Translations under genes and position numbers: made by a program
From: Monocercomonoides exilis PA203
Lineage: Eukaryota; Protista; Preaxostyla
Assembly: GCA_001643675.2 (NCBI GenBank)
Contig: LSRY02000062.1
Span: 62,001-126,000 of the forward strand
DNA length: 64,000 nucleotides
Direction: 5' to 3'
Notes under the pieces: generated by a model
What the model saw: the letters and a program-made list of their open reading frames with translations, nothing else
Database searches by the model: none
Told to the model about the DNA's origin: nothing
In this document: positions 1 through 13,798 of the stretch, piece after piece
How positions within the stretch are numbered: position 1 is the first letter of the stretch
Layout of the letters: the number at the start of each line of letters is the position of its first letter

Positions 1-1643
1 ATGCTCCACCACGACGCCTCTGCTCCTCTCTGCTGCCTCCCGCTGCTTCGCCGTCTTCTTCTCTGCTGCACCCCGCCGATCCCCCAACCCACCCGAAGCC
101 GAGCCAGACGGCAAAGAGCCAGCGAGCGACGCTGCACTCGGCGATGCAGCTTTCTGTATTTGCGCAATCAGCGAAACAGCCCTGTCCTTGCTCGTGCTCC
201 GCCCTGCTCCCTGCTTTGCCCCGCCAGCTGCCCTGCCGCTCCTCCCAGCGCTGCTGCTCCTCGGCAACGCCATCCCATGGATTGGCACTGCGCCAGCCAT
301 TCCCGATGCTTTAGGAGATGGAGATGGAGATGGAGATGGAGACGGTTGAGACAAAAGAGATGACAGAGACTGCCTTCCTGCAATTGTTGATGCTCCGCGT
401 CTGCCTTTCTCTCTTGTGCTCGATGCCTCGGCCTCTGCCTCTGCCTCTTCCCCCTTCCTCTTTGCCCCAACCTCCAAGCCCTCACTGCTGTTGCACCCAC
501 GCACACTCTCTTTCCCCACCCCGCCTTTTGCGCTGTGAGATCCAGAACCGAGTGCCCCTCCCTTCTCTCTGCCCATCTCAAACAGGCTGTACACAAGCGC
601 TGTGATCCCCATCCCTCGCTGCAGCAGCGGAATGCACTGCTTCAGCAGCTGCTCCAGAAGTCGCACTGCCCCCGGCGTCTTTTCTGCAAACAGCGACAGC
701 ACCCGGTCAGACGCGCTGCTGACGGGGACAGGCGCGCTCCCCAGCGATGCAGCCTTCGCCACAAGCGGCGTGATCGAATAAAGCGACTGATACACACTCT
801 CCGACAGAATCGACATCTGCATGTGCGGGGGCAGAAAGCGCAGCGCCCCATGCCCCAGCGGCCGCGTCGACGCAACGTTGTGCACAAGCGGCTGCAGCGC
901 TGCCTTCTGCTCCAGCACCGCCTTCGACCCTGCCAGCGGGGCAAGCGGAAACAGCGGCGCCTCTGCCTTTGCCTCTGAGCGTTCTTCTTCCTCCCAAGCC
1001 CCCTCCTCGCCCCCAGAGCCAAGCCCCGACTGCGCAGCCCTCCCTGCAGGCCACCGCTCCTCCGTCGTCTCCCACATGTACGACGCCCGGTGCAGCGTGT
1101 TGCAGAACTGTGAAAACGACCCAGCTGCAATTTTCGCTTTTCGCCCCTCTTCTGCGCCCCCGCTCCCTTTGCACCCCTGGCCCACCTCCCTCTGGGCTGC
1201 CCATCTCGACCGCTGCTGGTGCAGATGCCGCACATAGCGCTGGATGTTCTGCGCCTGCGACAGCCCCTGAAAACTGCTTCCGGGCTTCGGCCCCGCCTGC
1301 ACGCGCACCGGAGACGGCTTCCGCGCCGCCTGCCCAGAAATCATCTTTGCCTTCTCCAGGCGCGACCGCGTTATCACCGCCACCGACGGCGCCATCTGCG
1401 GCTGCGCAGGCGCTTCGATTGCCGTGAAATGCTCGTCCTTCCCGAGCCCCGTCTGCAGGAAGCGCAGCGACTCCCGCAGCTCGCTGTTCACAACGGCCGC
1501 GTGGCTGGCCTGCGCCTCCAGCCGCGCATAGATGCGCACCAGCCGAAGGGAGAGCTCTTTGAAGTTCTGCATAAATTATTGTGGGCGCCTCAATTGATTT
1601 TTTTTTATTTTTGATAACTGTCAACCTCAACATGCTCAATCAT
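1..1643 (-). CDS. Hypothetical low-complexity protein, left-arm copy (3' part runs off the window)
   Basis: Mirror of the 37224..39769 gene. Confidence 0.7.
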
Positions 1644-1928
1644 AGCAAAATAAACAATCTGTAGATATGAAGGATAGAAATGGAAATGCAATTTTTTTCC
1701 TTTGTTTTTCTTTCTTTTTTACAAAAAGAATTATTATCTCGAAAACAACAAACGGAAAAGCGGAAAAGAACAGAAAAACAGAAAGCACTGAACAAAACAC
1801 AAAAACAAAAAAATCGCCAATTCTTTGCTTTGTCTTCAGCCCCACATCCACGCAACAGCACAGCCAAGGTTCCTTTCACAAAGCCTTGTGTTCTCAAAAA
1901 TACACAGCAAGAAAGCCACCACACACCC

Positions 1929-4900
1929 TCACAGAAACACCATTGCCTCCAGCTTCTCCACAATCGCCTCAAAACTCGGACGCACATGCACGTCAGACTG
2001 TTTGTTCAGCAAAAGGCAAATCACACAGACACCAGATTAATATATGCGAATAAAGAGGGAAAAGAGAGAGAGAATAAAAAAAAAATTAAAAATAAATGAG
2101 CTTCCAACACACCGACCAGCACTCGTCTATCAGCTGCGTGAACACAGCGGGGCACTCGCTCATCCCCTCAAACCCCGGCCGGTGCAGCCCCTCTGCCACA
2201 ACAGCCCGCAGGTCCTCCTTTGCAACCCCTTCGAATGGCGCTCTCCGCGTCAGCAGCTCCCACAGCACCACTCCAAAGCTGGCGCCATCCACAAGACAAA
2301 CACAAACAAAAAAGAAAAATAATTTCACTCAACAAAATGCAACCAAAATGCACACCTGTAGACATCCGACTTCTCAGAGTATGCCCCGTGTGCCATCACC
2401 TCCGGCGCATCGGCTGCAGATGGCTCGTACTTGCACTGCCCTGCCAGCGCAGACGCCCTGCTGAACGAGCAAAGCCCGCTGAACGAGTTCGGCACCCGCA
2501 GCCCCGGATGGAACAGCTCTGTGCAGCAGTCGCCCAGCTGGACAGGCACTCCGCAGATGGCAGAGGAAGATGACGAGGAAGATGAGGAAGAGGAAGAAGT
2601 AGAAGAAGAGGAGGAAGAAGATGGCAGCAGACTCAGCTCTGATGGATCGAGAAAGATGTTTGTCGACTTTATCCGCCGAAGCGCAAACTGGCTCCGCACC
2701 TCCAGCTTGCTGATGCGGAAGTGCGTGCACTTTTCTGACCCGTCTCCCCTCTCCCGCACAAACGACTCCAGCTCGTCTTCTGGCACAAGCTCATCATCAT
2801 CATCATCCTCCTCCTCCTCCTCTTCTTTCTTTTCTTCACTTCCACTTCCATTCATTTGGCGTTCTTCTCTCTTTTCCTTCTCCTCCTTCTCCTCCCTCGC
2901 CTTCCTCGCCCTCTTCTCCCGCTCTGCCCTCCGCCTCCGCCCAACTGCCACAGCATCCACAATGTCTGCTGCCGACCGCTGTGCAAACAGCTCCCTCCCA
3001 GCCCGATGGATCCGCAGCAGCAGCCGCCCCACCGAAACGGCAACCGAAAGCACTCCGCTCCAGCTGAGTGGCCTGCTGCACGACTGAAGATACTCCCGCA
3101 GCGAAGGCAGCCGGCTGTGCGAGAACACAACTGCTGGCGGACATACACTCACCCCCACAAGCGGCACAAACACCGGCAGCCACTCAGGGCGCAGCTGCTG
3201 TGCTGGCATCTGCACTGACACCGAGGAGGCTGTGTCTGAAGCGCCAGATGGAGAAAACGACTCTGTTGGCAGGTCGTGCTGGGCATCCCTGCAAAGCTTC
3301 TCGATCGCCAGCAATGTGCCAATCTGCTCGAGCATCGTCTCCACAACTGGAAGCACACCCTCCGGAACGACCTTCCACTTCGCGCTGATTGTCCCCTCAG
3401 CACTTCCTGCTTCCTTTTCACCACCACCCTTCTTGTCCTTCTCCTTCTCTTTCTCCATTTCTTGTCCTCCTGATGTGTCATCACCTTTGCTGTTGTGCAG
3501 CATGCAGCCATCTCTGCCTTTTCTGCGCTCGACAATCCATTGCTCCAGGGCAGGAAGCACCCGCACCACAACTGCCTCCCCCTGCCACTCTGTCCTGACC
3601 GACACCACACAGTTCACAGCTGCTCTTCCACACACACCCCTTCGCTGCTGCTGCCCAATCTGCTTCCACGACAGAACAGCAACCCCGCTGTCAGACACAG
3701 CCCCCGGCGAAGGCGCCTTCAGAAGCACCGAGCACACCCCATCCACCAACTCCCACACATCCTCCCGCACCAACGGCACCACCTCTGCTGCAACACGCAG
3801 CTCCCTCACGCTGCACACTGTGTGATTTGACACTTCACCCAATCCTCCTTCCTCTTCCTCATCATTTGCATTCTGCGGAGATTCAGCCATTTCCACCTCC
3901 ACCTCCACCTCCACCTCCACACAGACACACTCTGATCTCCTGCTCCTCTCAATCGGCATGAACTTCCTCCAACTCTTCGACGCTGCAAACGAGCTCAGCA
4001 CCCCGCCTGCTTTCCTCCTCCTCCGCGTCTGCCCCCGCCTTCTCCCACCCCTTCCCCCACCTGCCTCCTCCTCTTCCCCATCATTTCCCCAGCATCCTCA
4101 AAGTCATCATCCATCTCATCAACCACATCTTCCTCCCCTTCCTCCCCTTCCTCCCCTTCCTCCCCTTCCTCCCCTTCCTCGCCTCCTGCATCAGCATCAT
4201 CGTCTGCCTCTTCTTCCACAATCACTTGAGGTGCACTCTTCTGCGCTTTCTCCCCTGCCTCGCCCTCTCTCCCACCCTCTCTCCCACCCTCTCCTCCTCC
4301 TGCAAGCTCTGATGCTTCTTCCATCAGGTGCCTCTCAAACTCCACTTCCCTTTCCCCTTCCCCTCCATCCCCTTCGCTTTTCTCCTCAGCTCTTGACGAA
4401 CAGAAGTCTCCACAAGATTGCTGTTGTGCCTCTGGTGTCTGAACCGATGAATAAGCATCACTGGTCGAGGAGGAGGAAGAATAAGGCACATCAGATGGAG
4501 GTGGAGGAGATATCGAAAACTCTTTTGCCAAAAGCCGAATGTAGTCTTCGTCCTCGTCCAGCATCTCATACTCCCTGCTCCCCTGCTTCCCTCCTTTCCC
4601 ATTCATTCTCCCTCTCCCTCTCCCTCTTCCTCCAACCCCACAGCATCTGCACTTCCATCCTCCTCTTCCTCTTTCTCCTCCTCCTCTTTCTCCACCAGCC
4701 CTGCCACCTGCTCCTCTCTCACTCCCCTCTCCTCTCTCAGCTGCGCTGTCCCCATCCTCAAACAGGCTGCGCTCGTCCTCGTCAGCATCCACACACCCAA
4801 AGCAGCAAAAGCAGCATCCCCTCCTTTCTGAACCAAGCTCATCAAACTCCCCTCCCCTGCTCCCACCAATCTCTCCTTCCCTCCCTTCCTCCCCTTCCTC

Positions 4901-7900
4901 CTCTTCGTCTCTTTGCCTCCACTCGCTCAGCTTTTCCATCCACTCCTTCATCCTCCTCTCCCGCGCCCTCTTCCGCCGCCTCACCCACCCCTCCAGCCCG
5001 CACAGCACAGCCCCCGACACCACACACACCCCTGCAAACACTGCCCCGTCGATCGCCAGCACCCTCACAATGTTGTGCACGTGATACATCCGAACACGCT
5101 CCTCTGCCTCCTTCACTGCCCGCTCGCCCTCTCCCTCCCCTTCCCCTGCCCCTTCCCCCGAAGATGGCACCGACGAAGAAGAGGTCGGGTCTCCTGACCC
5201 ACCACCCCCACCACCCCCCTTCACCTCAATCACATGTGCCTGCGAAAACAGCCCTTCCCCATAACCCTCCTCCTGCCCTCCTCTGCCCTCTTCTGCCTCT
5301 CCCTCTCCCTTTGCCTCTGAACTCTGCTTCATCGCCACCCCCGATGCCACAGACACCCTCAGCCCGCCCTTCTCTGTCAGATACAGGTCTCCCAGCCCAC
5401 ACACCACCCACTTGCACCCCGCCATAAGCGCTGGCCGCACCACCGCTGCCGCATTCTGCCGCTCCACCCGGCAGTGGATGTCGAACGGATATACCCGCTC
5501 CACACTCAGGTTCACCGGTGGTGCATTCACCCCCTGTGTGAGCCGTGTTGTGTTCGACGACACAATCACTGGCGTGGGCAGCAGAGGCGGCGCCTGCAGA
5601 GACAGCGGCAAAGGCACCCCTGCTGCCTCACCCGAATGCCCAGTGTCTGCCAGCCCTTCCTGCCTGTTCAGAGGCAGCCGAGAAGGGGAAGATGTGGATG
5701 TGATGTTTCGTGGAGGCTGATGAAACGAAAACATGCACCGCTTCCCGTTCATCCACGCTGCATTCCACTCGTCCTTTTCCCTTTCTCTTTCTCTTTCTCC
5801 TTTTCCTTTTCCCTGGCGTTTCTTCCCATCATCGCCCCCAGGCTGTTCGCACTCCAGCTGCTGCCTCCCTTCAGCCTCTCAGCCACCGCCTTCGCCTGCT
5901 CCACCGGCCATTCCACGTACTCGTCTCCCCCGTCCACCAGATGCGTCTGCCTCGCCTCCACAGCGCTCGCCCCCTCGCACAGCACATTCGCCCGGTGTGC
6001 CGGAAGCGCCATCCGGAACGGGTTGTTCCCTGCCAGAAGCGACCCCTCAACCACAATCCGGTGCCCATGGTCTGTGTGGATGGCTGTGGCGTTGTTGTGT
6101 GCAATCACCGTGTTGCGCACCACAACTGTGAAGGGCTGCCTCTCAGCTGCCTGGTGTGGCTTCCCTGCTGATGATGCCTCCTCCCTTTCCTCTCCTCCAC
6201 CCACTCCACCCATCTCATTCATTCTGTTCATTCTGCTCATTCTGCTCTGCCTGCCCTCTGGCTTCATCAGCACTGCTGTCTGGATCACCGATGCGGCTGT
6301 GCTGATTTCTGTCGCACTCAGCACAAAAAGTGGCGCTTGCACCGCCGACGTGTTCATGTTCAGTCGGTGCGCCCCTCCGTTGTTGCACACAACACACCCC
6401 GAAAGCACCGCCTGCGAGTCGATGCAGCTCACACAGATCCCTTTTGCCCCGCTGTTCCCCACAAACACACACTCACTCACTTCATCACAAAAATAAAAAA
6501 AGAAATTGATTTATTGAAACATCCAAAAATGTCCAGAAGCGAGAAGGGCACACCATTCGCTGTCTCCAAGGCCTGGTGGATCACAAGCACGCTCCCCTGC
6601 CTCAGCTCGCTCCCGTTGAACACACACCCTTCCACCACGCAGCCCCTGCACTCACTCAGAACAGCTGCCGACGCATACGCCCCCCGCTTCGCCACACACC
6701 CCACAAACGAGCACTTCTCCACCGCCACCTGCCTCGCCCGAAGCACAAACAGAAGCGAGCTCTCAATTCCCGACAGCGACGGAATCGGCGATAAAGGCGT
6801 CGACAGCCGCCTCCTGCCTCCCAAACGCTGCTTCTGCTGCTGAGAAGGCGAGTCAGATGAGCCAGATGAGTCAGTTGATGTTGAGGTGCAGCCATCACAC
6901 CCTTCGCTGTTTGTCCCCATGTAATACCCAAACAGCACAGAATCCATCCTCACCTCCTCCAGCCTCAGCTCTCCAACATCTCGGAACGAAAGCATTGCTG
7001 GTGGGCATTGGCACAAATAGCAATCAGGAAAATAAACAAATAAAAAAGGAATAAATAAATAAAGGAATTAAGAAATAATTAAAAAACAAAAGAGAAATGA
7101 CAATTCTCACAGGCAAAAATTCTCTTCTCTTGTTTTTCTCTCGCAAACATATTCCGATTGTCTTGAAGTCCTTTATCGTCACGTTCTTCAACTCCACCCT
7201 TTTCGATGCACTGATGTTCAACAGAAGCCCAAACGGCCCTTCGTCAAAGTCCTCCTCATCCTCATCCTCATCATCCTCATCATTACCGTCCTCGTTGTAT
7301 TTGCCTTCTTCTGCACCTGCCCTGCCTCCAAGCGCATTCCTTCCACCCCATCCAGAGTGCCCTGCCTGCCAGCCAGATTCATCCTGCTCTCTTTCCCCTT
7401 CTCTCCCATTCTCCTCTCCACACCACGCCAAGTCGCCCTGCCTGTCCTTCTTCTTCTCATACACAACACTCACATCCACCACCCGCACCTCTCCCGCATT
7501 TCGCACAGAAACAAGCCCCGTCGCCGAGCTGTGCGGTGTCCAGCACTGCCCAACTCCCACCGACGTGTTCGCAATCCTGATGCTCGCTGGACACTCTGTG
7601 CTGAGCAGCGAAAGAGACGAGTAGTTTGCGTTGTGCTGCGCCGATGCCACTGCCCTGCCTGCCCTGCCCGCCCCACCTGCATTGCTCAGCTCGCTCCGGC
7701 AGAAGTCTGCAATCCTCAGCGTCGACGATTCAATCACAATCTTCGACAGCATTGCCTGATCTCTTTCTCCATTCTCCCCATTATCTCCATTTTCTATTGT
7801 TTCCCCTGTCTTGTCAGACGCACTCGCTGACCAGCCCTCTCGCAATCTGCCTCCACGGCGCGGAAGGCGGGGCAAGTGCGGCGACAGCGCAATGAACGAG

Positions 7901-10900
7901 AACGGGAAAAACACTGTGTTGTTCCACACCGACACACCCTCCATCCCCAGGTCCGTCTCAAACAGATAGATCAGCGAGCAGTTCCGCATGTCTGCCGTTT
8001 CCATTCACAGCCCCATCCCACACGCCAAGCACACAAAAACAAAACATAACAACCAGCGCAGCCATTCGCATTCATTTCCAACAAAGCATAATGTCACACA
8101 AGCCGTTTTATTCATATTAAAAGAAAAAAAAAGAATGAACAAATAAATAGATATGTTGCAGATAGATTGCAGATGTGTTGCAGACTTGCATCGCTCAGGT
8201 TGGTCTTGCGCACATTGAGGAGTGACTGGCTGCAGACAAGCAGCGGATGGTTGTGCGACTTGATCCGCCGAATCGTCGACTCGCTGATTGTGGCTTTACA
8301 CTGTGCATCACACCCCGCCCCCGAACAACCAGAAAAACAAAAATAATAAAAATAAATGAAAGCAGAGCAAGATGAGAGAGGAAATATTTCGGAGCACTTC
8401 AAAAAGGCAACTCGCAGCAACAAAACAAGTCACACCAGCGATGTGCACAAAAGGCACCCGACAGAGTTCACAAAGGTTCCATTGCGGATGTCCGCCTTGC
8501 AGTTCAGCAGCCTCAAGAACGAGCCATTCGAAGGCAGCACATACGCGCCTGCCCATCCCATCCCAGCAGCAACAGCAAACAGAAGCAACGAAATAATGTT
8601 GTTGTCAAAAAAAAAATTATGAAATAAAAAAAACAAAGAAGGAAAATAGCAGACACTCGCATTGCTCGATCAGGCAGTTCTCAAAGGCAACAGCCACGTT
8701 GACAGCGCTGTTCCGCTCTCTCCTCTTTCCCCTGTGCTCCAAATGGCCTTCTGCCCATTCTGCTTCGCTTTCCCGAGAGCAGCACTCATCTCTCTCCCCA
8801 CTCCTCGTGCCAGCTGGAATGGCATTCCCCTCCGCCTCGCTCCTGCCGCCCAAAGGCACCCCGCCCAACCCATCCACCACAACCATCGACGTCTGCGGGT
8901 TCGTGCAATTGGTGAAGCGGACCGAGTCAAACACCACACCAAACTTGCTTTTCCTGCCTCCTGAGCTGCTTTGCCCTGCCTCATGCACACTGATGAAGGC
9001 AGATGGAGCACCTCTTAACTCTGCATCTGCACATTCTTCATCCTCGCCATCTCCCTTGCTCTCGCCCTTGTGTTGCAACTCGGCACCTTCCCAATGAAAA
9101 GCTCCTGGGCACACAGAATTTTGTGTCAGCAGATCATTCGCGCTGCCTGCCCTGCCATCGCCCTTCGGCTGGGCCTTGTGCAGTGGCTGAGGCACAACCT
9201 CAACCAGCGTCTGGTTGCTTCGGCTCACCACCGATGTGAAGTTCGTGTTTCTGAACACAATCTCAGTCTGCTGCTGCCTGGGATACACAATTTTGATTGC
9301 CCGCGGATGCACTTGCTCCCCTTTCTGCTGCCCTGCAGCCACACCCAATCCAGCATTCTCTCTTCCCGTTCTGCTCCCATCCCCCTCGCTTCGCATGGTC
9401 CACCATTCTTCCTCTCTGCTTTCTATCTCCCATTCTCCTCCATTTCCCCACTCGCTCTCCCAACCATCCACATTCCCCCTTCCTTCCCTTTCTTCTTCTC
9501 CCCATAAATCAGCGAGTCGCTCATCCAAAACACCAGGTGCCCGACAGATGCATCCACACACACAAAGAATGCACTGAGCTGTTCCGCTCAGCAGCTGCCC
9601 CCGAAAGGCTCGCCTGGCTGCCACCTCCACTCCGCAATGCCTCGCTGCTGCTGCTGCTCTGCATAGACAGCAATCCTGCTGCTCCCTCCCACCAAGCGGC
9701 ACAGCCTCCTCGAATGCTCGGCTCGTCAAAAAGCTTCTCAACCTCACGGCCAAACAGCTCTGATGGCTTGGGCGTGATCGGCATGTGGCGAAAAGAGCCA
9801 AACGACACATTCAGCAACTCGCATTCGGCACATGAGACAGCAAACGAGCATCCTGATAAAACAAGCCCAGCAGACAGGCCAACAGCAGCATCCGTGTGAG
9901 TTTATACACAAAATAGATATATTTTTCCAAAGCAAATAATTAAAAGCACAATTGTGCGAAAAACAAGCAAAGAATACCATTTGCACATTCATAAGCAGTG
10001 ATGTTGCTGAATTCAATCCCAACGCTCTTCTGCTGCTTCACTGCGCATCCAAAATAATTCCCTCTGAACTTTTCTTCTGGCTTTGCATCTCCCCCTGCTT
10101 TTGTCCTCTGCGCCTTTGAGTCTGCACCAACGCCTTCTTGCTCCCCACTTGCGCACCCACAGCTGCAGCGAGCAAACACACACCGTCCAACCGCAGCCTC
10201 ACACAGCTGCCCTTCTCTCCATCCCCAACCCACACAGCCCCTCCCGAGCAGCACGCCCTGCACCCATAAAACGTGCAGTTCGACACACGAAAACGAGCCA
10301 ATTCTGCTTCATCCCCTTTGCCATCATTCCCATCCTCATCACTGACACTCTCGCAAACACACCCCGCCAGCCCAATTCGATGAGAAGGAGACGGGCGCAT
10401 CAGAACGATCCCAATCGCACCGCCTGCATCCTCTGCCACACATTCCACAAACTGGCAGCTTTCCACTGCAAGATGCCCGCTCGATCCAAAATACACAGCT
10501 CCTCCGAAGATCGGCGAAGAGGAATGGCCCAGTCTCCCTCCCTCCCATCCGCCAGCTGCCCTCCCGCCCTCTGCACCCGAGGAAGATCCGAGGTCTGAAT
10601 GCAAAGGCTGTGGCGCAGCAGCATCTCCACCAGAGATGGGAGCTGCCCGTTCTCCTTCGATCCATCTCGCGCTGCATCTCGCAAACACGCACTTTCTCAC
10701 ACTCAGCGAAGCACTCCCCACAACACAAATGCACCCGCCGCTCACTTTCTCCCCGTCGCCCCCGGCCTCCGCTTGCGTTGACTCGCTCTTCATCTCCACA
10801 AACTCGCTCTCCTCAATCACAACTGTTTTTGCCTCCCTGATTATCTGCCTCTCCTTCACACCTCCTTCACTGGCCTTCCTCTGCAGCTGACTGCCCCAAC

Positions 10901-11755
10901 CCTTCACCTCGCCTGTGCAATCGCAAACAGCGTCTGATGCTGCTCGCTGGCATTTGGAAAACGTGCAGTTGAGCGTCTGTGCAGTCCGCGCTGCCATCCA
11001 CTCTGCACTCAAAACCCCATATCCGGCTGATGCGACTGCCTCATAACAGCATGACTCCATCCGCGAGTGCTCAGAGCGAGCAGCAGAACACCGAGACCCA
11101 TCGCTGCGCCTGCCGCCTCGTGTGATGTTTTTGAACACACACTGCTCCAGCGCCTCTGTCCCCAAAAACCCCTGAAGCACAAACGATGCTTCTCGCTCTG
11201 AATCCAAGCAAAACGAGTCGAGGTTCGTGTTGCACAGCGAAACCGATCCCATGAGCGATGCTCCGCTGGCAATGCCAGAAAAGAGCCCTGCATCTCCGCT
11301 GGCCCGCGTGGCTGAAATGTTGGACAAGCACACTGTGCCAGCTGAACATATAAATGGCCCCTGAACGCAAGAAATTGCCTGCAGGGCGCATGCCTCCACA
11401 AAAAGAGCCGACCGTGCATCTTCGTCGATCATTTGGATTGGCGCTGTGCGGTGCAGTGCCAGGCCTTTCAGCACCATCGATGAGTTGCGCAGGTTGAATA
11501 ACACACCCTTTTGAAGCACTCGTTGCGAGAGGACCGCCTGTCGAATCCATGACTTTGCGCCATCCGCCGAGCCCTGCCTGAAAATGCAAAGTTACAAACG
11601 CACAACCCTCGAGTTGCACACCAGCACAAGTTTTTTGAAAAACACGCGTCTCGCCCCGTGTGAATGCTTTCTGCATGGCCCGCTCCATCATCACATATAG
11701 CGTTATAGCACAAGGGCATGAGCACACATACAATGCTCAGTAGCCCTCTACACAT
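1929..11755 (-). CDS. Multi-exon receptor-like TKL pseudokinase (beta-helix ectodomain, TM, kinase-like tail), left-arm copy with homopolymer frameshifts
   Basis: Mirror of 27102..36938. ORFs 11468..11755, 10038..11519, 8617..9810, 7024..8004, 6477..7016, 5749..6480, 3995..5752, 2325..4001 and 2086..2328 chain on the minus strand. Confidence 0.8.
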
Positions 11756-11975
11756 CCAAAAACTGCAAAAAAAGAGATTCGAAGAAATGTCTTATGGTAT
11801 GACATTTTCAAATTCTCAATTTTGAATGGAATGTCAATCAACACAAGTTGATAGCACATTTCAAAAAAGAAATTGAAAATATGTTTTTATCAGAAAATAT
11901 TGTCTTTTTAAATCTCAATCTTTCAATCATGAATGAAATATCATTGGTTATTCCTGAAAGGCTAATTTTCTTTCA

Positions 11976-12720
11976 GTGAAATTGATTTTTTTGTTATTTA
12001 TTTTATGTTTAATATCTTTCAAAAAAAAATATTTTAAAACTGAAATGACTCCAATTGTTTTGAATGAACAACGTGAAAAGTGTTTATTCTTTGTGAATTG
12101 TGAGAATGAAGAACAATCACCAACTTCAAAACTTTCACATACTGTTTCGTTGGCAAAACAATCGATTCTTCCTTTACCACATCATTCAACTCATTCCACC
12201 CCTGTGTTGCAGATGCTCGAAACTCAAGCAATCTTTTTTCTCCACCAACACAACTGACGAATCTGACTTTTCAACTTGCATGATTCCAAAGGTGTTGCGC
12301 ATTCCACATGCTCATCCCCACTTTTCTGCGTTGCAACAACATAGAGCTTGCAGCCTCATCCACATGTGGTGGACGACTCTTTCTTCTCATTGTATTTGCA
12401 TTTGCTCATTCACTGCTCTTTCAGTGTGCATATGGAATGAGTCTCTTTCTGCTCAAGAAAATGACCATGCCAATTGCAAATCCACAGAGTTCGCAAATGT
12501 GCCAAATGGAGCACCTGATGTCATGCGAAGATCTTTTGTGCTGCTTGCGGGAAACTTCGCTCCAAATGCTCCGTCTTTTCCTGAATCCCAATCTCCACAC
12601 AGAAATCCCATTTGTTCTGTTGGGTCTGTGGTCGATGGGAAAGTGGAAGAGCAATGATTGGAAGAAAGCAAAGAAAGTGAGAGATTCCTGTGAAAAGAGA
12701 GATTTCACAGAACGTGAAGG
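11976..12720 (+). pseudogene. Possible decayed gene fragment in the divergent intergenic region (mirror ~26140..26881 -)
   Basis: Overlapping broken ORFs with a hydrophobic N-terminus (MKLIFLLFILCLISF) and intermediate GC; no recognisable domain. Confidence 0.25.
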
Positions 12721-13798
12721 CAGATGCTGCAAACAATGATGCTTCACGCCTTCCTCCATCTTTCACTTCTTCCTCTTCTCCAACTCCTTTTTCCAATTCC
12801 TTGCTCGCTCCTCACCACTCTTTCTTTTCAGTTCTCGTTCCCATCTTCTTCGCTCCCATTTCCTCACCCTTCTTTTCATCTCTGGTGTGGTTATTGTTGA
12901 AAGATAACAGTCAAGTTGCTGGCATCAAAGAGGATAATAATTATCTCTCATTTTCCTTTTTGTTTTCTTTCCCAACCCTTCTCCAACTCAACCCCCCACA
13001 AATATATTCACAATCCATAAGTGTCTTTTCCTTCTTATCCTCTGCAAACGCCACACACACGAAACTGAAATCTTTTTTTCTTGTCTTTTTCTCATCTCTC
13101 CAGCACCTCCTTCACATTTCTCAGCAAGTCCAACAAATGTTCCAGCTGTAGCAGCCAGAAATCCAGCGGAAAGACCTGTTTTGAGATGACAAGGGAAGAA
13201 TATTGCATCAATTGAAAGATTTTGCACAAAGTTGAATCGTTGATGGAGCTAAGACTGAAGGCGAAAGAATTCGCCACATCTGTGCTTCGACAACTCTGCG
13301 GAGATGAACCCCACGGGCAGTGCAAGTCCATCTCATATATTCCGTTCAATGACCTTGCACCCTCTCGCAAGTTCGACTGTCAAAGTCTTTCCAGCCAATT
13401 AAAAAAAAAAAGAAGAATCATCATCCATTCGCAGGCTCTTCTCTTGATGAAAACCTTTCGAAAAGCAATTTTCCATCACACCTCATCCTTTTCCTTTCTC
13501 TGCAAAATTTCATTTTCCACTCCAATTCAACAACAATCGTCAGACAACCCAATTCTTTCGCAAAATTCATCTTTTCTCACCAGCTGAAGCAGCAGGTGCT
13601 TCTAAATACGTTTCTTCTTTCCTACCCACTTCTCATCGCAAGTAGACTGATTTATGTGGAATTATCTTTCAAACAAAAAAGAAAAAAGAAAATCGTTTTT
13701 TTTTTTTTTCGTTTTGTCCAACAATATTGTATGGGTCTATTTATTGAGCAAACTTTGTTTGGGCTCCGAAACCGAGGGGCGTGCAGAAAAAGCAGGGA

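Noticed and set aside
3958-5427. 489-aa Pro/Leu-rich ORF and similar overlapping ORFs throughout both arms
   Set aside because: Antisense or off-frame reading of GA-rich coding sequence; no domain signal
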